Shown here: positions 18,105-27,523 of the stretch, piece after piece
Numbering within the stretch: the stretch's first letter is position 1
Layout: each line of letters starts with the position of its first letter
Source of the DNA: Verrucomicrobiia bacterium
GTDB lineage: Bacteria > Verrucomicrobiota > Verrucomicrobiia > Limisphaerales > UBA1319
Length of the DNA: 64,000 nt
NCBI GenBank assembly: GCA_963664225.1
Contig: OY760937.1
Location: forward strand, 1,664,001 to 1,728,000
Direction of reading: 5' to 3'
The notes under the pieces: generated by a model
Seen by the model: only the letters and a program-made list of their open reading frames with translations
Databases searched by the model: none
What the model was told of the DNA's origin: nothing
Program-made: the position numbers and the translations under genes

Positions 18105-18151
18105 ACCTGACAAGTCACCGAATCGGCGGTGGCGCAGCCTCAGCGTAGCGC
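18105..18151 (+). other. Internally deleted attC remnant
   Basis: ACCTGAC-aagtcaccg is joined directly to aatcggcggtggcgcagc. These match the left and right arms of site 2 with the middle missing. Confidence 0.55.
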
Positions 18152-18400
18152 AGCTTGCCTAAGCTGCTGTATCGCCGGTTGCCAACCGGCAGGCTTGAAA
18201 ATGAATAATCGCAATCGCAATCTCAATCCCCGTCACCGGCACTCACGGAACGGCCCGCCCCCACCCTGCCCTGGCGGCCATGAGTCTCAATCGCAACATC
18301 ATTTCGCTCCTAGCATTTTCCATTGTCAATTATCCATTTCCATTCTCATTCCCTCCCATCCCCGGCGGGGCGGCATTTTATCCACCATCCAAACCACCCG
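18145..18400. repeat. GTAG-type REP-like element plus 6-mer and 7-mer microrepeats and a degenerate piece of the tandem unit
   Basis: GTAGCGCAGCTTgcctAAGCTGC; (AATCGC)-like x4 at 18207-18230; CATTTTC-CATTGTC-AATTATC-CATTTCC-CATTCTC at 18314-18348; CCCCGGCGGGGCGGCAT...CCATCCAAAC. Confidence 0.6.
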
Positions 18401-18411
18401 CTGCCAGCCGC

Positions 18412-19818
18412 TCACAGCTTGACCACCCTGTAAAATTTCCTGGGTTGATTCCGGGTGGAATCGAAGACCGACATATTTGTTCCGGTGCCGGGAATTATGG
18501 CGCCAAGGTTTTGCCAGACAGCGGGTGCGGCCTCGGAGGACCATTGCACCTGGTATTGCGTGTTGGTCTCGGACAGCCAGCCAACTTCCACTGCGGTCCA
18601 AATCTGAACCGTCGCTGTGGCCACCGGAGCCGGAGGATCGCCCCAAAGCCGTGCGCTGTAGGTGCGGCCCACCGACGCAACATTGAAGAAATCGCCGCAG
18701 ATCACGATCTTTCCGTCGGCCTGCAAGGCGACACCGCGCACCTTGGAATCCGGTCCCACACCAGCGTCGAAGGTCGCATCCAGGAGGCCGTTGCCGTTGA
18801 GTCGGGCGATGTTATTGCGCTTGGAACCATTGACAGTGCCAAAGCGCCCGCCAATCAGAATCCGATTATCGGATTGAATGGCGATGCAATAGATGGATCC
18901 GGAGCTGTTGGCTGTGAATGTCGCATCCCGTGAGCCATCGGCGTTCAGACGCGCAATGTAGTTTTGCGTGGCTCCATTTACCTTGGAGAACGCCCCACCA
19001 ATCACCGCCTGGCCATTGCTTTGCAGGACAATCGCATACACATCATAATCGAGGCCGATCGTGAATCCCGAATCCACTGATCCGTCGTTGTTAAGCTGGA
19101 CCATGTATGGATGGCTCGCGTTGGACACATTCTTGAACTGGCCGCCCACGAGTATCTTCCCATCGGATCGAATCGCCAGCGCGTTGACGTAGTAATCAGC
19201 GGGCGCGCTGAAATTCGTATCCAGGGAGCCGTCCGCATTGAGCCGCGCCAGATAGTTCCGGGAAACGCCGTTCACAGTCGTAAAGGCGCCGCCGATGACG
19301 ATCTTGCCATCAGGTTGAACGCAAGCCGCGTAAACATCCCCATTGGCGCCCGAAAACTGACCGAAGGTTGGATCGATGCTTCCATCCGCATTCAGCCGGG
19401 CAACCCCGCGCCAGGCCGCCCCGTTGATGTTCCAAAAATCTCCCACCACGACAATCCGCCCGTCTTTCTGGACAACGAACGCCCGCACCAGGTCATCCGG
19501 CCCCGTGAGCACCGCAAAAGCAGGATCCACAGTTCCGTCGGGGTTGAGCCGCGTCATGTTGTTTTGAACGGTCCCATTGACCTTTGTGAAATCGCCCCCG
19601 AGTAGAATCTTCCCATCCGCCTGTATCGCAACCGCCGGCGCTCCCGTCACAAAACCCGTCAGAACCGGGTCGAAACTCACATCGAGCGTTCCCGGCGCAG
19701 GGTCGGCCTGGCACAGGACCAGGCTCACCAAAAGGGAAACGAATGCCTGCGTAAGAAACGGAAGGCCAAAGCCATATCGATACGACTTGCCTGTTGATTC
19801 GAGTTCTTTTGTGTTCAT
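18412..19818 (-). CDS. Secreted delta-60 repeat beta-propeller protein
   Basis: Repeats of the form QxDGKI(L/V)xGGxF...RLNxDGSxDxxF; signal peptide; C-terminal KFYRV domain. Confidence 0.9.
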   Translation of the reverse strand: MNTKELESTGKSYRYGFGLPFLTQAFVSLLVSLVLCQADPAPGTLDVSFDPVLTGFVTGAPAVAIQADGKILLGGDFTKVNGTVQNNMTRLNPDGTVDPAFAVLTGPDDLVRAFVVQKDGRIVVVGDFWNINGAAWRGVARLNADGSIDPTFGQFSGANGDVYAACVQPDGKIVIGGAFTTVNGVSRNYLARLNADGSLDTNFSAPADYYVNALAIRSDGKILVGGQFKNVSNASHPYMVQLNNDGSVDSGFTIGLDYDVYAIVLQSNGQAVIGGAFSKVNGATQNYIARLNADGSRDATFTANSSGSIYCIAIQSDNRILIGGRFGTVNGSKRNNIARLNGNGLLDATFDAGVGPDSKVRGVALQADGKIVICGDFFNVASVGRTYSARLWGDPPAPVATATVQIWTAVEVGWLSETNTQYQVQWSSEAAPAVWQNLGAIIPGTGTNMSVFDSTRNQPRKFYRVVKL

Positions 19819-20190
19819 AAGTCCATTAATTATCGTTCATCCTGATAATTGTCAAAGGCTTCCACAGTCTTATCGGGATGACGTGATTCACCCCATCGCT
19901 GGAGCAGAAATGCAACGACCCTCATGCAGGTACTGATCACGATCCAGAGAGGACGAATGCAAACTGGATCATTTTATATTGAGATCACCAAATTTAGGCG
20001 CATGATGATATCAGATCACTTTGGCTAACGACCGCCCGCATTCCTTAATAAACTTGGCTGCGCTATGAAATCCACGGCATCAACAGGTTGCGCTGATGGC
20101 GGCATCGGCATGGGAGGCCACGCGCCATTTTCAAAAATAATTCAAAGGATTTCCCCGTCAGGCTGGTCAGATAGGTTAAAAGAAAGCCGC

Positions 20191-20751
20191 ATGGGCGACA
20201 CTGATGAGGAATTACAATGGGTGTTGCAAAGCCAGAAGGGTGATCCCGCGGCCTTTGAATCGCTGATACGCAAACATCAACGCATGGTTCATTCGCTGAC
20301 ATATCGGATGACAGGCTCTCTGGACGACGCCGAAGACCTGGCCCAGGAGACCTTTATTCGCGCTTACGCCCAAATCGGCTCCTACCGGGGCGCCGCGAAA
20401 TTTTCCACATGGTTGTATCGCATCGCGGTCAATGTTTGCCTGAACTGGCGTCAACGGGAGGCCAGACGGTCGGAGCTGAACACGGATTGGGCCAGGACCA
20501 ACGAACCGCAAACCTCGCAAATCAGCGGAAACGGTCAGGCCTCCAGCGCGCGCATTCAAGAGGCCCTGATGAAGCTGCCGGCCAAACAACGCGCGGCCAT
20601 TGTGCTGACAACCTACGACGGTCTCAATCACTCCGAGGCGGCAAAGGCCCTGGGTTGCTCGGAAACCACAGTCTCATGGCGCGTGTTCTCAGCGCGCAGA
20701 AAACTCAAACGCTGGCTCGAGCCGCGGGAGGATGCAAATGAAACGCTTTGA
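20191..20751 (+). CDS. ECF sigma-70 factor
   Basis: GDPAAFESL, DAEDLAQETF, FSTWLYRIAVN, LPAKQR...TVSWR. Confidence 0.93.
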   Translation: MGDTDEELQWVLQSQKGDPAAFESLIRKHQRMVHSLTYRMTGSLDDAEDLAQETFIRAYAQIGSYRGAAKFSTWLYRIAVNVCLNWRQREARRSELNTDWARTNEPQTSQISGNGQASSARIQEALMKLPAKQRAAIVLTTYDGLNHSEAAKALGCSETTVSWRVFSARRKLKRWLEPREDANETL

Positions 20752-21091
20752 CCTGGATAAGGAACTGAAATCCGCACAAATACCGGAGCGCGGGGAGGAT
20801 TACTGGGAGTATTTTCCACGTCGGGTCGCCTCTCAACTGCGGTCAACCGAAAGTCAACCGGTTGAACGCAAACTTAGGCTGCAGGTATTAGCTTGGGGCG
20901 TAGGCACTTCCGTTGCCTGTCTGGCCCTGATTCTGACCCTTGGATTCAGTTCCGCTCCGAAGTTGCTTGCTTATGCTGTTAATCATAATAAGCAAGAGAT
21001 TAGTACAACATTGAATCAATTTTCAGAACACGTGGAAAATCTCATGCAAAACGAGCACGGCATGGAATGGCTTCTGGCCGATCAACAATAA
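20738..21091 (+). CDS. Single-TM protein, putative anti-sigma factor
   Basis: Overlaps the ECF gene; PxxxxxYWEYFPxRV motif followed by one TM segment. Confidence 0.65.
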   Translation: MKRFDLDKELKSAQIPERGEDYWEYFPRRVASQLRSTESQPVERKLRLQVLAWGVGTSVACLALILTLGFSSAPKLLAYAVNHNKQEISTTLNQFSEHVENLMQNEHGMEWLLADQQ

Positions 21092-22206
21092 TGAATCCAC
21101 ACTCCATCAACGCCGATAAAGTTTCGCCTACCGGGAAGGCGCCTGAGGAATCTTCCGCGCCACAGATCCTGGAGCAGCTTATTCACCAGGCCGAACTCGC
21201 CGCCGCCAGTGATATCCACCTGCAGATGGAATCTGACGGCGCCCGCGTTTCTTTCCGGTTGGACGGCCTGATGACGCCCGCCACCACCTATGCGCCTGAC
21301 GTGGCCGAACGTGTATTTGGGCGGATCAAATTCCTGGCGCATTTAAAAACCTACCAGGAAACGATGCCGCAGGATGGGCGCATCGATAAACAGACCGTCA
21401 ATGCCAGCAGCGACATCCGCGTGGCGACATATCCTACGGTGACCGGCGAAAAAATCGTTTTGCGCCTTTTCAACCCGGGAGCGGCCAAGGGAATTCCTGA
21501 ATTGGGAATGCCGGACGAGGCTGCAGCCGAATTAAACCGATTTCTGCGGCAAACGGCGGGCATGCTTCTTCTTACCGGTCCGGCGGGCAGTGGCAAGACA
21601 ACCACGATTTACGCCTGTCTGCGCGGCCTGGCGGATTTGGGCGGACGGCACATCATCACCGTCGAGGATCCCGTCGAGCAAATCGTGCCCGGTGTAATGC
21701 AGACGGAGGTGAACGAGGAACGGGGCTTGGACTTTGCCAAGGCCGCCCGGCATTTGCTGCGCCAGGATCCCCAGGCGCTGGTCATCGGCGAAATCCGGGA
21801 TGAAGAAACCGCCGGAATTGCCGTACGTGCGGCGCTCACCGGCCATCTGGTCATCACCACCCTGCATGCGGGTTCCTGTCGCGGGGTATTGGAACGGCTT
21901 TTGGTCATGTGCCCCGACCGTTCCGCCATCGCCTCCGCAGTGGAGTTGATTTTGAACCAGCGCCTCATGCGCAAAGTTTGTCGTCATTGCGATGGAGCAG
22001 GCTGCGTCGCCTGCATGCGCACCGGTTATCAGGGCCGGGTCCCTCTGGTGGAATGGCTCCGGACGGACGACGGATTGCGCGGCAGAATCCGCGCCCACGA
22101 ACTCCAGAATGTAATACCGCAGCGCGCCTTGGAGGATTCGGCGCAAATGCTTTTGAAACAGGGTGTCACCAACGAATCAGAATACAAGCGGGTCTTTGGC
22201 TTATGA
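21091..22206 (+). CDS. GspE/PilB-family assembly ATPase, short form
   Basis: ASDIH, PQDGR, GPAGSGKTTT, TVEDPVE, LRQDP..LVIGEIRD, TGHLV.TTLHA, tetra-Cys motif. Confidence 0.92.
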   Translation: MNPHSINADKVSPTGKAPEESSAPQILEQLIHQAELAAASDIHLQMESDGARVSFRLDGLMTPATTYAPDVAERVFGRIKFLAHLKTYQETMPQDGRIDKQTVNASSDIRVATYPTVTGEKIVLRLFNPGAAKGIPELGMPDEAAAELNRFLRQTAGMLLLTGPAGSGKTTTIYACLRGLADLGGRHIITVEDPVEQIVPGVMQTEVNEERGLDFAKAARHLLRQDPQALVIGEIRDEETAGIAVRAALTGHLVITTLHAGSCRGVLERLLVMCPDRSAIASAVELILNQRLMRKVCRHCDGAGCVACMRTGYQGRVPLVEWLRTDDGLRGRIRAHELQNVIPQRALEDSAQMLLKQGVTNESEYKRVFGL

Positions 22207-23195
22207 AAAACGATGAATTTGCATTTCTGAACCAGCAACTGGCCTCGATGCTTCGGGACGGCATTCCGCTCGAAGGGGCGTTGCAACGATTATCCGGCCA
22301 GATGGCGCATGGCGCACTGCGAACCGAACTGGAACTTTTGCAGGCGGACCTCGCCAAAGGCACCCCTCTGCGGGAGGCGGTTCGCGCGCGGCAATTGCCT
22401 GAGTTGTATCAGCAGATGCTCGAAATTGGCGCGCAAAGCAACGATCTGCCCGGAGTGCTGACACTGCTGGCCGACCACTATCAGCGCCGTTATGTCGTGT
22501 GGACGCGGCTCAAGGGGTTGATGGTTTATCCGCTCATCGTGCTCACATGTGCGTTTCTGCTCTCGTGCTTTTTGTGTTTTACATTTAACGGCCTGATTCG
22601 TGGCATGATCGGCACCAATGGAGATGGTTGGGTCATGTTGCCCACGAGTGTCCGGATTGGCGTGTGGGCTCCGCCGGTGTTCCTGGGTCTCGTCGTGGTG
22701 ATCGCCTTTCTGGCGGTGACAACCAAGGAGGCGCGCAGAGCATTGCGCTGGCGCGTGCCCGCGTTCAAGGAAGCCAGCCTGGGGCAGGTGGCCTCCGCCA
22801 TGGCACTGATGCTCAGAAGCGGTGTCTCGCTGGACAAGGCGCTGGCCTTGATGGTGACCATGGAAAAAGGGACTCCTGCCGCGCCAGAATTGGAGGGTTG
22901 GCGCAATAAACTGGCGGATGGTAGAGGCAAGTTTGCGGAAATGGCCACGGGCGGCAGATGTTTTCCACCGCTCTTTGTCTGGCTGGTGTCCCAGTCGGGC
23001 GAGAATCTGGGCGCCGGTTTCGAGAGGGCGGCGGACGTGTTTAACGCCCGCGCCAATTATCACGGGGATGTGCTGCTCTACTCGGCCCTGCCCTGTTCCA
23101 TCCTGGCGCTGGGCATGATCATCATTGTTCAGATGCAGCCCACCATTTCCGCGCTGGCCTCCTTCATGAACGCCCTTGGCAGCGTGGGGAATTAG
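22203..23195 (+). CDS. GspF/PilC-family platform protein 1
   Basis: QQLASMLRDGIPLEGAL, L..YP, second repeat MALMLRSGVSLDKAL. ATG at 22203 overlaps the ATPase stop. Confidence 0.85.
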   Translation: MKNDEFAFLNQQLASMLRDGIPLEGALQRLSGQMAHGALRTELELLQADLAKGTPLREAVRARQLPELYQQMLEIGAQSNDLPGVLTLLADHYQRRYVVWTRLKGLMVYPLIVLTCAFLLSCFLCFTFNGLIRGMIGTNGDGWVMLPTSVRIGVWAPPVFLGLVVVIAFLAVTTKEARRALRWRVPAFKEASLGQVASAMALMLRSGVSLDKALALMVTMEKGTPAAPELEGWRNKLADGRGKFAEMATGGRCFPPLFVWLVSQSGENLGAGFERAADVFNARANYHGDVLLYSALPCSILALGMIIIVQMQPTISALASFMNALGSVGN

Positions 23196-23203
23196 GAGCG
23201 ATT

Positions 23204-24367
23204 ATGGATACACTATTACAGGGAATGCCGGATTCGATCGAGTTCCTCAGAGTCGTGGCGGTGGTCTCCATAATCGGGCTTGTCATTTTCGGCACGATCG
23301 CCGGTCTGTATCTCATGCATATCGTGCTGTCATTGCCATTACGACGGGCCGAACGGGCGCGGTTTTTTCTCGATCTGGTGGAAACCGCCGTCAAAAAGGG
23401 CCAGTCAATCGAGGAAACCATCGTCTCATTATCGAATAACCACGACCTATCCATGGGCGTGCGTTTTCATCTGCTGGCCGCATGGATTGAACAAGGACTG
23501 AGCCTATCCGACGCCCTGGCCAAAGTACCGGGGTTCCTGCCATCGCAGATCATGGCCATGTTGATCACCGGTCAGAAAACGGTTGGCCTTTTGAAAGTGC
23601 TGCCCGCCTGCCGCCAGATGCTCAAAGACGCCATCTCCAAGACGCATAGCGCCCTGAATTATCTGGTAATCCTCACTCTGGTCATTACTCCGGCAGGAGT
23701 CTTCATTTATAATGTTCTCGCGGTTTTCGTTCTGCCGAAGCTCAACGAAATCACCATGGATATGGTTGCCTCTCGTTCTCCAGGGCTGGTCTTTCTTTCA
23801 GACCACTACGTGCTTCTGATGATGGCGCAAGTGACGATGCTGTTGGCAGTCTGGCTGGGCACGCTCCTATTCATTGGAGGTCCGCGGATGGCCGCCTGGT
23901 TTCCGATGACCGAGAATGTGGATTACTGGATCCCCTGGAAGCGTAAACGGATGGAACGGGATTTCTCCACAATTCTCGCCATCCTGCTCGACTCGGGAGT
24001 CAATGAATCCGAGGCGCTCACCCTGGCGGCGGATTGCACTAGCAACCGGATCATGCGCCAACGCGCCGCTCACGCCGTGAAAGGCCTGGGTTTGGGGAAG
24101 ACGCTCCCGGAGGCGATTCGCGAGATGGATGATTCGGGAGAATTCAGTTGGCGTCTGAGTAACGCCGCCCACGGACACGGCGGATTTGGCCGGGCGCTGG
24201 CTGGCTGGCATGAATCGCTCGCCGCCAGGGCCTTTCAACAGGAACAAGCGGCCGCCCATGGCATTACCACTGCGATGGTGTTTTGGAACGGGCTCTTCGT
24301 GGGCACGATTGTCGTCTCAGTTTTTATGACGCTGATCTCAATCCTCAATGGGGCAATTTTATGGTGA
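23204..24367 (+). CDS. GspF/PilC-family platform protein 2
   Basis: IEQGLSLSDAL, LAILLDSGVNESEAL, GKTLPEAI. Confidence 0.82.
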   Translation: MDTLLQGMPDSIEFLRVVAVVSIIGLVIFGTIAGLYLMHIVLSLPLRRAERARFFLDLVETAVKKGQSIEETIVSLSNNHDLSMGVRFHLLAAWIEQGLSLSDALAKVPGFLPSQIMAMLITGQKTVGLLKVLPACRQMLKDAISKTHSALNYLVILTLVITPAGVFIYNVLAVFVLPKLNEITMDMVASRSPGLVFLSDHYVLLMMAQVTMLLAVWLGTLLFIGGPRMAAWFPMTENVDYWIPWKRKRMERDFSTILAILLDSGVNESEALTLAADCTSNRIMRQRAAHAVKGLGLGKTLPEAIREMDDSGEFSWRLSNAAHGHGGFGRALAGWHESLAARAFQQEQAAAHGITTAMVFWNGLFVGTIVVSVFMTLISILNGAILW

Positions 24368-24738
24368 TAAAAATCCGGCATCGCAGCAAAGAAAGCGGGA
24401 CCTTGATGACTGAAATTGTGGTCGCCATGGCCATTATCCTTGTCGCCATGCTTCCCATGGGAGACTCGGTCGTAAACGAGACCCGACTTTTCCGTGCGAC
24501 TTATCAGCGCGCCATTGCCATGGAGATTGTGGATGGCGAAATGGAAATCCTGGCCGCCGGTGAATGGCAGGCTTATCCCGAGGGCGCACAGGATTACAAG
24601 GTTCAGGCGGCGGCGGCCGTCAATCTCCCACCGGGCCAGTTTCAATTCACCCGCCAGACAAACCATTTGCGCCTGGAATGGGCGCCCACAAAGAACCACG
24701 CTATCAGCGCGGTGATTCGGGAGGTGACGTTAAAATGA
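24361..24738 (+). CDS. Type IV pilin-like protein
   Basis: Class III signal KESG|TLMTEIVVAM with Glu at +5. Confidence 0.75.
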   Translation: MVIKIRHRSKESGTLMTEIVVAMAIILVAMLPMGDSVVNETRLFRATYQRAIAMEIVDGEMEILAAGEWQAYPEGAQDYKVQAAAAVNLPPGQFQFTRQTNHLRLEWAPTKNHAISAVIREVTLK

Positions 24739-25244
24739 AAATTCATGCCTCAAACCAAGTCGCGCGCCTGCGCGGTATTTCGATGGTGGAATGCCTGGTG
24801 TATATCGGCATGTTCCTGGCCATTACAGGTGTCGCTTTCTCTGTGTTTTACAAGGTCTGGGACAACAGTAAACATCTCCGCCGTAATGCAGACGATATTG
24901 TTCAGGCGCTCCATGCCGGCGAACTTTGGCGCTCGGATATTCGCTCCGCCACCGGTCCGCTGGAAAGCACCGAGGCGGAGGCTGCCGCCAATCTCCGCAT
25001 TCCCACAACGAATGGGCCGGTCGTTTACACATTCGCCAGTGGCGAACTTCACCGCCAGGGTGCCGGTGACGCCTCCGAAAAGGTCTTGCTCGCTCATGTC
25101 AAATCTTCGCGGATGCTATCCGATGCACGACGCCACGTTACAGCGTGGCGTTGGGAACTGGAGCTCCAGCCGGTTCAAAAAAATCCAAAGGTGCTTCCCT
25201 TGTTCACGTTTGAAAGCGTTCCAGGTTCAACCATAAGCCGATGA
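24735..25244 (+). CDS. Type IV pilin-like protein
   Basis: Class III signal LRG|ISMVECLVY with Glu at +5; ATG at 24735. Confidence 0.78.
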   Translation: MKIHASNQVARLRGISMVECLVYIGMFLAITGVAFSVFYKVWDNSKHLRRNADDIVQALHAGELWRSDIRSATGPLESTEAEAAANLRIPTTNGPVVYTFASGELHRQGAGDASEKVLLAHVKSSRMLSDARRHVTAWRWELELQPVQKNPKVLPLFTFESVPGSTISR

Positions 25245-25477
25245 AAACTTCACTCCATCACCAACGTCGGTCCCGGCCTTCGCAACGCGGTTCGGCCGTG
25301 GTTGTCGTCTTTGCCCTGCTGGTCATCATGATGATGCTGGCCGCGATCAACACCGTCACCCTGAACTGGTTAAAGTCCGAAGTGCGTCTGGTTGATAAAC
25401 GACAGACCACGCGATTGACATTCTCGCATGCCAATCCTTCCACCGCCACGACCACCAATACCCCTACCGCCAAATGA
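25241..25477 (+). CDS. Very short PilX/GspK-like pilin
   Basis: QRG|SAVVVVFALLVI lacking E5; 78 aa. Confidence 0.65.
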   Translation: MKTSLHHQRRSRPSQRGSAVVVVFALLVIMMMLAAINTVTLNWLKSEVRLVDKRQTTRLTFSHANPSTATTTNTPTAK

Positions 25478-25746
25478 AAAACGCTTCACCGATGGGGAAA
25501 ATCGAGATGATCCAGCGCTCACAGCGCTGTTTCGTTTATGGTCTCTTTGGGCTTCTGCCCTTGATTGGCATTCCGATGGTGATCCTCGCAACCATCGAGA
25601 ATTACCGTGTCATGAAAGGTTGGCGTGACCAGTGGAATCCCGCCAGGCGCTATTTATTCTGGGGCATGGTTTGTGCCCGCGTGGGTTTCTTCATGCTGGT
25701 CGGTGTCTTCCTGGCCCTTGTTTATGCGGTGATCAGTGCGCAGTGA
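25474..25746 (+). CDS. Small 2-TM protein (DUF4190-like)
   Basis: GLFGLLPLIG...A..G pattern; translationally coupled to neighbours. Confidence 0.65.
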   Translation: MKNASPMGKIEMIQRSQRCFVYGLFGLLPLIGIPMVILATIENYRVMKGWRDQWNPARRYLFWGMVCARVGFFMLVGVFLALVYAVISAQ

Positions 25747-26528
25747 TTACGGCCTGTCATGACTCTCCGCTTGCGCAAAGTCAGCGCGGTTTGACTCTTA
25801 TAGAGTTACTTGCGGTTATTTCCATCCTGGCATTGGTGGCATGTCTCCTATTTCCAGCACTTTCCAAAGCGAGAAAGAGCGCGCAGCGCACAGTGTGCCT
25901 AAGCAACCTCAAACAGATTAATTTTGCCATTCAGCTTTATTCCAACGATGCAAACGATACCGCCCCGACACCCGAAGGCATTACCGCCAACAGAATGCTC
26001 ACCCTTGTGGGCTATAAAGCCCTTGTGCGTGACTACGTTGGCGGGAACAGCGGAAAATCCAGGATATTTGCATGCCCAGCCGATTCATTTTTCTTTGGCT
26101 TAAGCAACGGCTTCACCGTTGTTCGATTGGAACCATTGCATGAGCAATCGGCCATGGATTATGCAAGTTACGGGTTCAACGGAGTCAATTTGGATACCAA
26201 TCTGGTGAATCGGGCCTGGAAAAAGCTCGGCCTGGATTTCAGCCGGTTCGGTGTGGCAGGCAGAAAAATAACGTCAATAAAGAACCCATCGAGAACATTA
26301 TTGGCCGCTGAAATGTCGGCATTCAAACCTTTCTCGTGGCACGCGCCGAAATTGCCTCTCATTGAACATTCTCAATACTGTGACTCCATGAACACCGTGA
26401 CATTTGTGGATGGGCATGCTGGTTATATCAAAATATTCTGGACCAATTCCATTTTTAAGGGAGTGCAGTTTGAAGCATCACTTCTGGATCCGCCGCCAGG
26501 ATATGAATATCAGTGGAGCGTGGATTAA
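25743..26528 (+). CDS. Prepilin-type N-terminal cleavage/methylation protein (PVC DUF1559-like)
   Basis: RG|LTLIELLAVISIL...LFPALSKAR...CLSNLKQI, FACPAD, SYGFN, NTVTFVDGH. GTG at 25743. Confidence 0.88.
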   Translation: MITACHDSPLAQSQRGLTLIELLAVISILALVACLLFPALSKARKSAQRTVCLSNLKQINFAIQLYSNDANDTAPTPEGITANRMLTLVGYKALVRDYVGGNSGKSRIFACPADSFFFGLSNGFTVVRLEPLHEQSAMDYASYGFNGVNLDTNLVNRAWKKLGLDFSRFGVAGRKITSIKNPSRTLLAAEMSAFKPFSWHAPKLPLIEHSQYCDSMNTVTFVDGHAGYIKIFWTNSIFKGVQFEASLLDPPPGYEYQWSVD

Positions 26529-26736
26529 AATTCGCCTTTAGTCTCGTCACCGGCCTAAATGGTCAGGTTAATACGCAGAGTGCAAATCCCCGCTTGCCCG
26601 GGCCTCGCCATTCCATATATCGTTACCGCATCCGAGCCCGATAAACCTGACGCCAACCATTGCATGCCATGGATCGCATGACTCATGGACAGACGCGGGT
26701 GGGCGAGGCTAAAACTCAACCGGTGGGACGAACTGA

Positions 26737-27456
26737 ATGGCAACACTTGTTTTTGACATCGAAACCACGGCGATGCCGTGGGAAACCTTCGACGAGGCAC
26801 AGCAGGAATACCTGATGCGCGATGCCGAAAAACTCGCAGACCCCACCGAAAAAGAAAAACGCAGGACCGAACTGCGACTGCAATGCAACCTCTGGCCATT
26901 CACTGCACAGGTCGTTTGCATTGCCATGCTCAATGTCGAAACCGCCCGCGGACAGGTTCTCTTCGTCTCGGAGGACTACGAAGCGGATGCGGATGACGTC
27001 GGCCCTGTGGAGTTTGTCCCTTTTGCGGACGAGACCGAATTGTTGACGGCATTCTGGGATGTCTCCAAACACTACGACCAGATTGCGACCTTCAATGGCC
27101 GGGGATTCGATGTTCCCTTTATTTATTTGCGTTCGGCCCTGCTCAACGTGCCTATTTCGCGGAAGGACTGGCTGGGCTATCGCTATCAAATCGATCCACA
27201 CTGCGACCTGGCCGAACAACTGACTTTCTATGGCGTGAGCGGACGCGACGGCGCGGCGCGGCGCTTCAATCTTGACTTTTATTGCAAGGCCTTCGGCATT
27301 GAATCCCCCAAGAGCTATGGGGTCACCGGGATGGACGTCAACGACCTGGTGGCTGCCAAGAAATACCGCGAAATCGCGGAATATTGCCTGCGCGACGTGC
27401 ACGCCACAGTTCATCTCTACCGCATTTGGAAGGAACGACTTGCCGGCATCAAGTAA
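26737..27456 (+). CDS. RNase H-like/DnaQ-fold 3'-5' exonuclease
   Basis: FDIET, FNGRGFDVPF, HCDL, YCLRDV. Confidence 0.88.
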   Translation: MATLVFDIETTAMPWETFDEAQQEYLMRDAEKLADPTEKEKRRTELRLQCNLWPFTAQVVCIAMLNVETARGQVLFVSEDYEADADDVGPVEFVPFADETELLTAFWDVSKHYDQIATFNGRGFDVPFIYLRSALLNVPISRKDWLGYRYQIDPHCDLAEQLTFYGVSGRDGAARRFNLDFYCKAFGIESPKSYGVTGMDVNDLVAAKKYREIAEYCLRDVHATVHLYRIWKERLAGIK

Positions 27457-27523
27457 TGAGGCAAGGCGGCTGAATCGGAATTTTGGGTTGAACCCGGCCT
27501 GAATTCGTTAATCATCAGCCCCA

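Larger units (their letters stand above)
15659..18151 (+). mobile_element. Integron cassette array without integrase in the window (CALIN), partly degenerate
   Basis: Five short co-oriented ORFs, separated at most junctions by imperfect palindromes bounded by ...AAC and GTT... boxes. No intI seen in the window. Confidence 0.8.
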
